Positions 35,898 to 44,850 of a stretch of DNA of 46,946 nt are shown piece by piece (within the stretch, counting starts at the first letter, position 1; every line of letters begins with the position of its first letter). The position numbers and the translations under genes are program-made. Source of the stretch: Verrucomicrobiota bacterium (lineage in GTDB: Bacteria > Verrucomicrobiota > Verrucomicrobiia > Limisphaerales > UBA9464). Below the pieces are notes generated by a model. It worked only from the letters and a program-made list of their open reading frames with translations, was not told the origin of the DNA and made no database searches. Where the stretch lies: NCBI GenBank assembly GCA_038226425.1, contig JBBRQL010000002.1, positions 1 to 46,946 of the forward strand, read 5' to 3'.

Positions 35898-35984
35898 GCT
35901 GGCATCCCTCCGGGATGCTTCGGAAAAAACCGATGACCGGGGGTGTCGTCGCGCTCCGCGCTCCTCGACCCCCGGCTAATGGCT
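35898..35984 (+). repeat. dispersed structured repeat, copy 1
   Basis: GCTGGCATCCCTCCGGGATGCTTCG ... GACCGGGGGTGTCGTCGCGCTCC(GCGCTCC)TCGACCCCCGGCTAATGGCT. It contains the hairpins GCATCCC/GGGATGC and CCGGGGGT/ACCCCCGG. It matches 46781-46861 apart from the spacer and a 7-nt duplication. Confidence 0.85.
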
Positions 35985-36154
35985 GTCAACCCTCCGGGTT
36001 GCTCAACGCTGCTTAACGTTGCTCCGGGTTGCCCGGGCGCGGCACTTTCTCGCACAGGCTCTGGCCACTTCCAATCGCTCCCAGGTACGGGCGCGGGATT
36101 GCCGGGACCTGCCGGACCGGGCTAGCGTGTCCCCGATAAAATGAACCTATCGGA

Positions 36155-36667
36155 ATGAGCCCCATCTCCATCCGCCCCGCCGTCCGCTCCGATTGCCCGG
36201 GGATCCTCGCCATCTACAACGACGCGGTGCTGACCACGACGGCGACCTACGACTACGAGCCGCGTCCGCTCGAGCACCGGCAGCAGTGGTTCGACGACCA
36301 CGAGAAGGGCGGCTTCGCGATGTTCGTCGCCGTCGAGACCCCCGCCGACGGCCCGGAACTCGTGGTCGGCTGGAGCGCGCTGAACCGCTACCACGACCGC
36401 GCCGGATTCCGCTTCACCACGGAGAACTCGGTCTACGTGGCGGCCTCGCATCGCGGTCGCGGCATCGGCGCGCTGCTGCTGGCGCCGTTGATCCCAGCGG
36501 CGAAGGAACGGGGCCTGAGGACCATCATCGCCGCCATCGACGCGACGAACGAGGCGAGCATCCGGCTCCACGCGCGGGCCGGATTCGAGCATGTCGGGCT
36601 CTTCAAGGAGGTCGGCTTCAAGTTCGGCCGCTGGCTCGACGTGGCCTACATGGAGCGCCGCGTGTAG
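36155..36667 (+). CDS. GNAT N-acetyltransferase (phosphinothricin/MSO acetyltransferase-like)
   Basis: IRPAVRSDCPGILAIYNDAVLTTTATYDYEPRPLEHRQQWF...HRGRGIGALLL...IDATNEASIRLHARAGFEHVG. PAT-subfamily-like pattern. Confidence 0.82.
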   Translation: MSPISIRPAVRSDCPGILAIYNDAVLTTTATYDYEPRPLEHRQQWFDDHEKGGFAMFVAVETPADGPELVVGWSALNRYHDRAGFRFTTENSVYVAASHRGRGIGALLLAPLIPAAKERGLRTIIAAIDATNEASIRLHARAGFEHVGLFKEVGFKFGRWLDVAYMERRV

Positions 36668-36697
36668 CGGTGGCGGGCCCGTCCTCGCCGAAAAGCA

Positions 36698-36731
36698 GAC
36701 GGCCCGCGCTGCCGAGGGGCAGCGCGGGCCG
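36698..36731 (-). terminator. strong hairpin, probable intrinsic terminator of gnd (may also stop the convergent GNAT transcript)
   Basis: Perfect 15-bp stem ACGGCCCGCGCTGCC / GGCAGCGCGGGCCGT with a GAGG loop. On the minus strand it is followed by CTGCTTTTC. Confidence 0.7.
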
Positions 36732-36790
36732 TGGTGACGCCTCCAACGGATCGGGTGGAGCGATCGGCGCGGCATCAGCCGCGCGAAGGA

Positions 36791-38260
36791 TCAGGCGTTG
36801 TAGGTGCTGGAGCTCACGCGTCCGCCGGTGCCGGTCCAGTTCGTGTGGAAGAACTCGCCGCGCGGTTTGTCGACGCGCTCGTAGGTGTGGGCGCCGAAGT
36901 AATCGCGCTGGGCCTGGAGCAGGTTGGCCGGGAGGCGCGGGTTGCGGTAGCCGTCGAAGAACGCGAGCGCGGTGCTGAACGCCGGGACGGGCAGGCCCTT
37001 CTTGGCGGCGAGCGCGACGACGTTGCGCCAGCCCTTCTGCGACTTCTTGATCTCGCCGCGGAAATAGTCGTCGAGCAGCAGGTTCGCCAGCTTCGGGTTG
37101 TTGTCGTAGGCCTCCTTGATCTTGCCGAGGAAGCGGGAGCGGATGATGCAGCCGCCGCGCCACATGAGGGCGATGCCGCCGTAGTTGAGAGCCCAGCCGT
37201 ACTCCTTGGCCGCGGCGCGGAGCAACATGTAGCCCTGCGCGTAGCTGACGATCTTCGACGCGTAGAGCGCGCTCATGATGTCGCCGATGAGCGCCTTCTT
37301 CTTCGCGGGATCGCTCGCCTGCGACATGGCGGCGCGCGGGCCCTTGAGCTTGCGGGCGGCCTTCACGCGCTCGTCCTTCATCGCGCTGACGCAGCGGGAG
37401 AAGACGGCCTCGGCGATGAGCGTGACCGGTTGGGCGAGGTTGGCGGAATCGATGACCGTCCACTTGCCGGTGCCTTTCTGGCCGGCGGTGTCGAGGATCT
37501 TGTCCACGAGCGGCGAGCCGTCCTCGTCCTTCTTCGCGAGGATGTTGGCGGTGATCTCGATCAGGAAGCTGTCGAGCTCGCCGGTGTTCCATTCCTTGAA
37601 CACGGCGGCGATCTCGTCGGCGCCCATGCCCAGGCCGTCGCGCATCAGGCTGTAGGCCTCGCAGATGAGCTGCATGTCGCCGTACTCGATGCCGTTGTGG
37701 ACCATCTTGACATAGTGGCCGGAGCCGCCGTTGCCGACCCAGTCGCAGCACGGGGTGCCGCCGTCGACCTTCGCCGAGATGGCCTGGAAGATGTCCTTCA
37801 CGAACGGCCAGGCCGCGGGGCTGCCGCCGGGCATGATGCTGGGGCCGAACCGCGCGCCCTCCTCGCCGCCGGAGACGCCGGTGCCCACGTAGAGCAAGCC
37901 CTTCGCCTCGAGCTCCTTCACGCGGCGCTCGGAATCGCCGTAGAGCGAGTTGCCGCCGTCGATGATGATGTCGCCGGGCTCGAGGAACGGGACGATCTGG
38001 GCGATGAAGTCGTCGACCGCGCTGCCGGCCTTGACCATGCACATGATCCGGCGGGGGCGCTTGAGCTTGGAGACCATCTCCTCGATGGAATGCGCGCCCA
38101 GGACCTTGGTGCCCTTGGCCTCGTTCGCCAGGAAATCATCCACCTTCGAGGTGGTGCGGTTGTAGGCCACGACGGTGAAACCGTGGTCGTTCATGTTCAG
38201 CACGAGGTTCTGCCCCATGACCGCGAGGCCGATGAGCGCGATGTCGCCGGGAGGATTCAT
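36791..38260 (-). CDS. gnd: NADP-dependent 6-phosphogluconate dehydrogenase (decarboxylating)
   Basis: IALIGLAVMGQNLVLNMNDHGFTVVAYNRT...GGNS...GTGVSGGEEGAR.GPSIMPGG...HYVKMVHNGIEYGDMQLI...RDYFGAHTYERVD. Full-length, 489 aa. Confidence 0.95.
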   Translation of the reverse strand: MNPPGDIALIGLAVMGQNLVLNMNDHGFTVVAYNRTTSKVDDFLANEAKGTKVLGAHSIEEMVSKLKRPRRIMCMVKAGSAVDDFIAQIVPFLEPGDIIIDGGNSLYGDSERRVKELEAKGLLYVGTGVSGGEEGARFGPSIMPGGSPAAWPFVKDIFQAISAKVDGGTPCCDWVGNGGSGHYVKMVHNGIEYGDMQLICEAYSLMRDGLGMGADEIAAVFKEWNTGELDSFLIEITANILAKKDEDGSPLVDKILDTAGQKGTGKWTVIDSANLAQPVTLIAEAVFSRCVSAMKDERVKAARKLKGPRAAMSQASDPAKKKALIGDIMSALYASKIVSYAQGYMLLRAAAKEYGWALNYGGIALMWRGGCIIRSRFLGKIKEAYDNNPKLANLLLDDYFRGEIKKSQKGWRNVVALAAKKGLPVPAFSTALAFFDGYRNPRLPANLLQAQRDYFGAHTYERVDKPRGEFFHTNWTGTGGRVSSSTYNA

Positions 38261-38503
38261 TTAAGGTGAAGGAAAGATTTTCGGGAAACGGACTGTGAGA
38301 GATGCTAGCCGCGGGCGCTTTCCTCGCGCCAGCGCGGAATTTTCCTCCTCCGCGTCCCCAAGGTGGCTGGTCCTCCATGCGGAACACCCCGGACCGCCGG
38401 TTGGAAACCGCCGGTCCTTGGTGACGCCGCTGGGTTCCTTGTGCCGACGGCCCCCCAACTTTGCGCTTTGAACCGCGTCCTCGGAACCTACCCTCCCGCT
38501 GCC

Positions 38504-40093
38504 ATGACTCCTTCCAAAGCCGCTCTCTGGTCCCGCTTCCAGAAGTTCTACACCGAGTATCCGTCCCTCGGCCTCGCCATGGACATCAGCCGGGTGGATT
38601 TCCCGGACAACTTCCTCGCGACGATGGAGCGGCCCATGCAACGCGCCTACATCGCCATGGCCGAGCTGGAGAAAGGCGGCATCGCCAACCCCGACGAGAA
38701 GCGCATGGTCGGCCACTACTGGCTCCGCGCCCCGGAGCTCGCGCCGACCCGGACCATCGCCGACGAGATCGCGCAGACGCTCGCCGACATCAAGGCGTTC
38801 GCCGCCGCGGTGCATGCCGGCCAGGTCCAGGGCACGGGCGGCTCCTTCAAGAACGTGCTCGTCATCGGCATCGGCGGCAGCGCTCTCGGGCCGCAGTTCG
38901 TGGCAAAGGCGCTCGGCCAGCCGGCGACGGACAAGCTCAAGCCGTTCTTCTTCGACAACACCGATCCCGACGGCATGGACAAGGTGCTCGCCGAGCTCGC
39001 CGGCCAGCTCGGCCAGACCCTGGCGGTCGTCATCAGCAAATCCGGCGGCACGGCCGAGACGCGCAACGGGATGCTCGAGGCCAAGACCGCCTACGAGTCG
39101 GCCGGGCTCGACTTCGCCAAGCACGCGGTCGCCGTCACCGGTTTCGGCAGCGCGCTGGACAAGACCGCGGTCGCCGGCGGCTGGATCCGGCGTTTCCCGA
39201 TGTGGGACTGGGTGGGCGGCCGGACGAGCGAGCTGAGCGCGGTGGGACTGTTGCCCGCGGCGCTCCAAGGCCTCGACATCCAGGCGATGCTCGACGGCGC
39301 GAAGGCGACCGACGACGTGACGCGCGTGCCCGACACGAAGCGCAACCCCGCCGCGCAGCTCGCGCTGATGTGGTATTTCCTCGGCGACGGCCGCGGCGCG
39401 AAGGACATGGTCGTCCTGCCCTACAAGGACCGGCTCGAGCTGTTCTCGAAGTATCTCCAGCAGCTCCTCATGGAGTCGCTCGGCAAGGAGCTGGACCTCG
39501 ACGGCAAGATCGTGAACGCCGGCATCAGCGTCTACGGCAACAAGGGCTCGACCGACCAGCACGCCTACGTGCAGCAGCTCCGCGAGGGCGTGCTGAACTT
39601 CTTCGTCGTGTTCATCGAGGTGCTCAAGGACCGCGACGGCGCGAGCATCGAGGTCGAGCCGGGCGCGACGAGCGGCGACTTCCTCAGCGGCTTCTATCTC
39701 GGCACGCGCACGGCGCTCCACGACAACGGCCGGCAGAGCATCACCTTCACGGTGCGCGACGCGGGCGCGTCCAGCATCGGCGTGCTCATCGCGCTGTTCG
39801 AGCGCGCGGTCGGCTTCTACGCCTCGCTCGTCAACATCAACGCCTACCACCAGCCCGGCGTGGAGGCCGGCAAGAAGGCCGCCGCCAGCGTGCTCGCGCT
39901 ACAGGCCAAGGTCGTGGCCCGGCTCGATGCGGAACCCGCGCAGAGCTTCACCGCCGACGCTCTGGCCGCCGCCATCGGCCAGCCCGACAGCGCGGAGACG
40001 GTGTACAAGATCCTCGGCCACCTCGCCGCCAACGGCCGCAAGGCCCGGCTCGTCGGGGGCAGCGGTGCCGGCGCGATGTTCCAAGCGCTCTGA
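38504..40093 (+). CDS. pgi: glucose-6-phosphate isomerase
   Basis: Start [13 protein letters not shown]. Motifs: [63 protein letters not shown]. Divergent from gnd. Confidence 0.92.
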   Translation: MTPSKAALWSRFQKFYTEYPSLGLAMDISRVDFPDNFLATMERPMQRAYIAMAELEKGGIANPDEKRMVGHYWLRAPELAPTRTIADEIAQTLADIKAFAAAVHAGQVQGTGGSFKNVLVIGIGGSALGPQFVAKALGQPATDKLKPFFFDNTDPDGMDKVLAELAGQLGQTLAVVISKSGGTAETRNGMLEAKTAYESAGLDFAKHAVAVTGFGSALDKTAVAGGWIRRFPMWDWVGGRTSELSAVGLLPAALQGLDIQAMLDGAKATDDVTRVPDTKRNPAAQLALMWYFLGDGRGAKDMVVLPYKDRLELFSKYLQQLLMESLGKELDLDGKIVNAGISVYGNKGSTDQHAYVQQLREGVLNFFVVFIEVLKDRDGASIEVEPGATSGDFLSGFYLGTRTALHDNGRQSITFTVRDAGASSIGVLIALFERAVGFYASLVNINAYHQPGVEAGKKAAASVLALQAKVVARLDAEPAQSFTADALAAAIGQPDSAETVYKILGHLAANGRKARLVGGSGAGAMFQAL

Positions 40094-40145
40094 CGTCCCG
40101 ACGCGAGATGCGGGATGCGGGATGCGACCGCGTCCCTAGGAAAGC

Positions 40146-40175
40146 AAAAGGCCGGGCAACGATGCCCGGCCTTTT
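40146..40175. terminator. bidirectional intrinsic terminator between convergent pgi and the hydroxylase gene
   Basis: AAAA-GGCCGGGCA-ACGA-TGCCCGGCC-TTTT. A 9-bp GC stem and 4-nt loop are flanked by A and T tracts. Confidence 0.8.
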
Positions 40176-40205
40176 GTGTCTGCGCGATGGCGCCCGGTCG
40201 GCGGT

Positions 40206-40853
40206 TCAGCGCGACCGCACGCCGGTCAGGCAGAGCCCGACGAAACGCACGAACCGGCCCACGAACGAACGCGGCTCGGCCAGCGGTTGCACGTCCGGCA
40301 CCGAAGGCCCCTTGGGCTGCGGGAACGCGATCTTAGAGCGGACGACCAGCGTGCCGAGGCACAGGTCGGCCAACGGGAGCACCACGTTGAAGTTCTTGTG
40401 CATGTACCGGTGGTGGAGGATGTGGTGCCCGTTCAACCGGAAGAAGATCCCCGACCGCTCCACGGCGCGCTTCCGCGGCAGGTGCATGCACCAGTGGAGA
40501 TACTCGTAGGTCGTGAAGTAGCAGACCGTGGCGACCACAGCCCCGGCGTAGATGCCCCATTCGCCCACCAGCCACGCCGCCAGCAGGAACGGCGATTGGC
40601 ACAGCGCGACGAGCACCGGCCCGTGCCACCACGCCATCGGGATGGTGTGTTTGTCCTTCTCGTCCACGAGGTGGTAGGTCGCGTCCGCCTTGAAGATCTG
40701 GTGATGCACCAAGGCATGGGATTTGAACGGGTAGTCGAAGCTGCCGAGCGGCCGGTGCATCACGTAGCGATGCAGCGTCCACTCGAAGAACGACGACCAA
40801 GCGATCGCGCCGGCAAAGCCCAGCGCCATCCAGAACAGGAACGGAGTCACCAT
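40206..40853 (-). CDS. fatty acid hydroxylase / sterol desaturase superfamily membrane protein
   Basis: Start MVTPFLFWMALGF. His boxes HRYVMH, HALVHH and HHILHH(RY). Several TM helices; 215 aa. The 621-aa track ORF is an Arg-rich shadow extension. Confidence 0.8.
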   Translation of the reverse strand: MVTPFLFWMALGFAGAIAWSSFFEWTLHRYVMHRPLGSFDYPFKSHALVHHQIFKADATYHLVDEKDKHTIPMAWWHGPVLVALCQSPFLLAAWLVGEWGIYAGAVVATVCYFTTYEYLHWCMHLPRKRAVERSGIFFRLNGHHILHHRYMHKNFNVVLPLADLCLGTLVVRSKIAFPQPKGPSVPDVQPLAEPRSFVGRFVRFVGLCLTGVRSR

Positions 40854-41107
40854 CGCGGTAGCATACGCGAACCGCCCGCCGGTGCCACAAGGCGAATCAT
40901 CTTGGTGCGATGAGAAGCGGGGCATCTGGACACCGTGGTCGCCTGTGGGCCTGTGTGCTGCCGTGCGTCTCGCCGACAGGCGGTGCGGACGGAGACGTGC
41001 CGGGAGGATTTGCCCGGAGCCCGGCTTCGGCGTGCCCCTGCCAGCAAGATGCTGGCAGCACCCCGGCACGCCGAGACCGCCTGCTGCACGTTGCCAAGAC
41101 ACACCGC

Positions 41108-41137
41108 TTGACGAACAAACTACCGTGGTAGTATTAC
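41108..41137 (+). promoter_or_regulatory. putative sigma70-type promoter with embedded BlaI-family operator palindrome
   Basis: TTGACG (41108-41113), then 18 nt, then TATTAC (41132-41137), 20 nt upstream of the blaI-like ATG. The spacer contains the perfect inverted repeat ACTACC-GT-GGTAGT (41119-41132), of TAC-N4-GTA type. Confidence 0.55.
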
Positions 41138-41156
41138 CGCGGTCGTCGTCCACGCC

Positions 41157-41543
41157 ATGAACTCTCCTTCCCACCGTCTCGGCGATCTCCAGCTCCGCAT
41201 CCTCCAGGTGCTCTGGGCCGCGCCCGACTCTTCCGTCTCCGATGTCCACACCGCGCTCAAGCCCGAGCGCGAGCTCGCCCACACCACGGTCGCCACCATG
41301 CTGCGCAAGATGGAGGCCCGGAGCCTGGTCGCCCACCGTGAGGAAGGACGCAGCTTCCTCTACCGCGCCCTGGTCGCCTCCGAGGACGTGAACCGCAGCG
41401 TCGGCCGGCATCTCGTCGAGCGGCTCTTCGAGGGCAGCCTCGCCGACGCGGTGAGCCATCTGCTCACGACGCGCGACGTGAGCCGCGAGGAGCTCGACCA
41501 GTTGGCGAAGCTCATCGCCGACGCGAAACGGAGGACCAAGTGA
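41157..41543 (+). CDS. BlaI/MecI/CopY-family transcriptional repressor
   Basis: 128 aa. Winged-helix N-terminus LGDLQLRILQVLWAAPDSSVSDVHTAL...HTTVATMLRKMEARSLVAHREEGRSFLYRALV. C-terminal dimerisation helix. It overlaps the next gene (GTGA). Confidence 0.9.
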   Translation: MNSPSHRLGDLQLRILQVLWAAPDSSVSDVHTALKPERELAHTTVATMLRKMEARSLVAHREEGRSFLYRALVASEDVNRSVGRHLVERLFEGSLADAVSHLLTTRDVSREELDQLAKLIADAKRRTK

Positions 41544-44500
41544 ACCTCGACCTGCGCTGGTGGGGCCGTCTCGCCAGCCTGCTCGCGACCGAGGCGGCGC
41601 TCGTGGTCGCGGTCGCTTGGGCGGCCGAGCGGTGGCTCCGGTCGCCCCAGGTCCGGCGCGCTCTGTGGCAGACGGCCCTGCTCGCCGTCGCGCTGCTGTG
41701 GACCGCCGAACTCGCCGGCCTGCGCGGGCAATTGGCGAAGCTCCGCCCGGTGCCTGAACCCGCGCGGACGCTCCAAGTCCGGCTGCTCGATTCCTTCGCC
41801 GGCCAGCCGGTTGCCGAGCCGCTCTCCGAGCCCTTCCCGGACGAAGCGGACTTCGCCGCACCGCCACCGGCACCGAGGCCGGTCTGGTGGCCGGGATGGC
41901 TGTGGCTCGCCGGGCTCGCACTGTTATCCGGGCGCTTGGCATTTGCCCACGCCGGATTGGCGTGGTGCTCGTGGCGGTCGCGCGATCACGGCACCGGACG
42001 ACGCGCCAACGTCTTGGATCAGCACCCACTCCAAGACGCCGGTGCGCCCGCACCCGGTACATCGGATCCAACCGCCGCGACCTTGGCCGCTCAAGCGACT
42101 GCCGATGCCCTCCGCCGTCCGCTCGGCCTGGGCAAGGTCCGTGTGCTCACCTGGCCGCATCTGCGCGGGCCGGTGGCGTTCGGCGTGCTGCGCCCGACCG
42201 TGGCGTTGCCGGGCGATTTTGCGGACCGCTTCTCCCCCGCCCAACGCGAGGCGATGCTCGCTCACGAACTCGCCCACTTGGCGGCGCGGGACCCGCTGTG
42301 GTTGGCGATCGCCGACGTCGTCTGCGCCGTCGCGTGGTGGCATCCCGCCGTGTGGTGGGCGCGGAGAAAGCTCCGAGCGTCCTGCGAGAGCGCCGCGGAC
42401 GAGGCCGCAGCGCTGGTCCCCGAAGGACGCGCCGCGCTCGCGGAGTCCCTCGTCACCTTCGGACGCGAGTTGGCTTCGCCCCGCTGGGCGCGCGGCATCG
42501 GCGTCGCCGGCGACGGCATGAAGTCGCAGCTCGCCCGCCGCGTGAAGGCGTTGCTGGACGGCTCGGGAGACTGGCGCGCGGTGCGGCCATCGCGTCTGTG
42601 GCTGGCCCGCGGCATGGCCTTCGCGGCGACCGCGATGCTCATGGCGGTGCCATGGCCGGGGACGGGCGGTCCGGTGTTCGCAGATGTGATCGCAGCGGCC
42701 CAAGCCCCCGGGCCCGCGACCGAGGTGATCGGGACCGACCCGACGTTGCCGCGTATCGTCAAAGTGGAGGTGCTTGGAGACAAGGTGAAGACCATCCATC
42801 ACCTCGTCCCCGGGAATGACGGCAGTCCGACCGTTCCCGTGGTCTTCTCCAGGCGCGACCCGTTCGATGGATGGCGGTCCTTCGGCTACGAAGTCCCGAC
42901 CGGTCGGGTGGAATCGGTGGCACCGGCGGTCTATGTGGCGTTGCGTGACCCGCTGGCCGAACCCGCCGCGACCCAGCGCGCAACAAACGGGAGCGCTTTG
43001 TTCACTCGCCGCTACAAGTTGGAACCCGCCGATTTCCCTGCGTATGTCGCTGCGGTCCTTGGACTCGACCCGTCAGCATCCGCCACCACGAACCGGCCCG
43101 TGCAAGTCCAGCAGGATCTCCGCCGCATCTTTGAGGCCGCAGGGGTGGTCTTCCCGGAACCGACCGTGCAACCGACTGGCGGGGATACGGGCCTCGCATG
43201 TTTCTTCAACGACCGCACAGGCGACCTGCTCGTGCGTGCCACGGCAACGGATCTCGACGTGATCGAGCGCCTCATCCAAGCGCTGGTTCCGCCGCCGACA
43301 ACAGAGATCGCTGACCCAGCAATGCTGAAGACCAAGGCCAACGATGAGCGCGCCGAAATCGAATCCAAGTTGCGCTCTAAAGACGCCGAGCTCGCCATCC
43401 AAGCGCTCAACACGCCTCCGTTTTCCGGGGCGGTTGCGGGAGCAGCGACCAACATCTTCTCCAGCATCCAGCCAATCCAGCCGATGACCGTGTCGGACGT
43501 GCTCGGCGATCCGCAGTTCCGCGCCGCCCCGGAGGCTTTGGGGAAACCCGACGCGCTGACCGGTCTCGAATCCAAGCGCCGGACCAAGGACGTCGAGATC
43601 GCCGCGCTCCGCACCCGTTACAAGGACAACCACCCCAAGGTGCGCGAAGCCTTGGCGGTCCAAGCCGAGCTCCAGAAGCAGATCCAAGCACTGACACCGA
43701 AGCCGGCGACACCGCCGGCCTTCACGGCCGTGGTCACGCCGCGGTCCACCGGGCCGGTGCCGGAAGCGGCCCGAAGCGGGTCGTCCCGCCAGATCCAGCT
43801 TGAGATCCAGTTCGCCGAAGTCACCGAGCGCGGCACGGACGACCTCGGGCTCGACTGGCTTTTCGGCCAGTCGCCGACCAACAACCCGGCGTTGCAGAGC
43901 GGCCCGGCCACAAACCTTCTCACCGACCCCGAGGCGCCGCACGGCCAGAACCTGCGCGTGGACCTCCTTCGCACCGAAGGCCAATCGGCCACGATCACGG
44001 CGGCGCAGTTCGCCGCGCTCCGCAAGCGGCTCGAAGGCCGCGGTGGCGTGGATTTCTTGGCCGCGCCGAAGGTCATCACGACCTCGGGACGGCAGGCCCG
44101 CGTCTCGGTCAGCGACGTGAAGACCATCGTGACCGGAGTGGACGCGACCTCGGGGACCGCCACGAACCAGGCCGGCATCAACTACCAGACCGAGCAGGTC
44201 GCGGTCGGGCCGACGGTGGACATCATCCCTGTCCTTGAAGGCGCGGACGCCCGGCTCGGCATCATCGCCACGGTCACGGAGTTCTTGGGTTACGACCAGC
44301 CGAAGCCGGGCCAAGAAGTGGCCGTGCCCACGCCCGGCGGCAAGCCGGTGAAGGGAGTCGTGCCGTTGCCTCGCCTGCGGGTGCGGGCGACCCATGCCGA
44401 CTCGGTGGTGAAACCCGGCGAGACCATCGCGCTGCGTGGCCCGCTGGTGAGCGACACGGTGCGCATGGTGGACAAGGTCGTGGGGCTCGGCGACGTGCCG

Positions 44501-44605
44501 TTGCTCGGGCGGCTGTTCCGCAGCGAAAGCAAGAGCACGGTGCGCAAGCGGCTCTACGTCTTCGTCACGCCGACCGAAATCACCGCCACCGGGGAGAAGA
44601 AATAG
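41540..44605 (+). CDS. BlaR1/M56-family membrane metalloprotease fused to a periplasmic coiled region and a C-terminal secretin domain
   Basis: The N-terminal 370 aa or so have 4 TM helices and the HExxH motif in REAMLAHELAHLAARDPLW (M56). A secretin-N-like unit follows (ACFFNDRTGDLLVRATATDLDVIERLIQAL), then coiled segments including RTRYKDNHPKVREALAVQAELQKQIQAL. The C-terminal secretin core is IQLEIQFAEV...FLAAPKVITTSGRQARVSV...GETIALRGP...GDVPLLGRLFRSESK...RLYVFVTPTEI. Confidence 0.85.
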   Translation: MNLDLRWWGRLASLLATEAALVVAVAWAAERWLRSPQVRRALWQTALLAVALLWTAELAGLRGQLAKLRPVPEPARTLQVRLLDSFAGQPVAEPLSEPFPDEADFAAPPPAPRPVWWPGWLWLAGLALLSGRLAFAHAGLAWCSWRSRDHGTGRRANVLDQHPLQDAGAPAPGTSDPTAATLAAQATADALRRPLGLGKVRVLTWPHLRGPVAFGVLRPTVALPGDFADRFSPAQREAMLAHELAHLAARDPLWLAIADVVCAVAWWHPAVWWARRKLRASCESAADEAAALVPEGRAALAESLVTFGRELASPRWARGIGVAGDGMKSQLARRVKALLDGSGDWRAVRPSRLWLARGMAFAATAMLMAVPWPGTGGPVFADVIAAAQAPGPATEVIGTDPTLPRIVKVEVLGDKVKTIHHLVPGNDGSPTVPVVFSRRDPFDGWRSFGYEVPTGRVESVAPAVYVALRDPLAEPAATQRATNGSALFTRRYKLEPADFPAYVAAVLGLDPSASATTNRPVQVQQDLRRIFEAAGVVFPEPTVQPTGGDTGLACFFNDRTGDLLVRATATDLDVIERLIQALVPPPTTEIADPAMLKTKANDERAEIESKLRSKDAELAIQALNTPPFSGAVAGAATNIFSSIQPIQPMTVSDVLGDPQFRAAPEALGKPDALTGLESKRRTKDVEIAALRTRYKDNHPKVREALAVQAELQKQIQALTPKPATPPAFTAVVTPRSTGPVPEAARSGSSRQIQLEIQFAEVTERGTDDLGLDWLFGQSPTNNPALQSGPATNLLTDPEAPHGQNLRVDLLRTEGQSATITAAQFAALRKRLEGRGGVDFLAAPKVITTSGRQARVSVSDVKTIVTGVDATSGTATNQAGINYQTEQVAVGPTVDIIPVLEGADARLGIIATVTEFLGYDQPKPGQEVAVPTPGGKPVKGVVPLPRLRVRATHADSVVKPGETIALRGPLVSDTVRMVDKVVGLGDVPLLGRLFRSESKSTVRKRLYVFVTPTEITATGEKK

Positions 44606-44850
44606 CTGGAGGCATCACCCGAGGTCGGGCTTGTCCCGGGTTCCGGAGAAGCGGCCCGCGAACCACGCGAAAGGGCGCGAAACAGAGCGGGACGTAAACT
44701 GCCGCAACCTCTGCCGCCTCGGCTCCCGGCATCCGTGTTCATTCGCGTGATTCGCGGACAAAAATCCGGACAAGGACGCGGACGACGCCACCATCCGCTT
44801 CGCTGTTCCACCGCTGGCGTTCTGGGCGGCGCGCGGGTATAGCCTGTCCC

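Noticed and set aside
40107-40127. Tandem heptamer GATGCGG GATGCGG GATGCGA just after the pgi stop.
   Set aside because: It has three units only, which is trivial slippage-type microsatellite sequence. The adjacent hairpin already explains termination.
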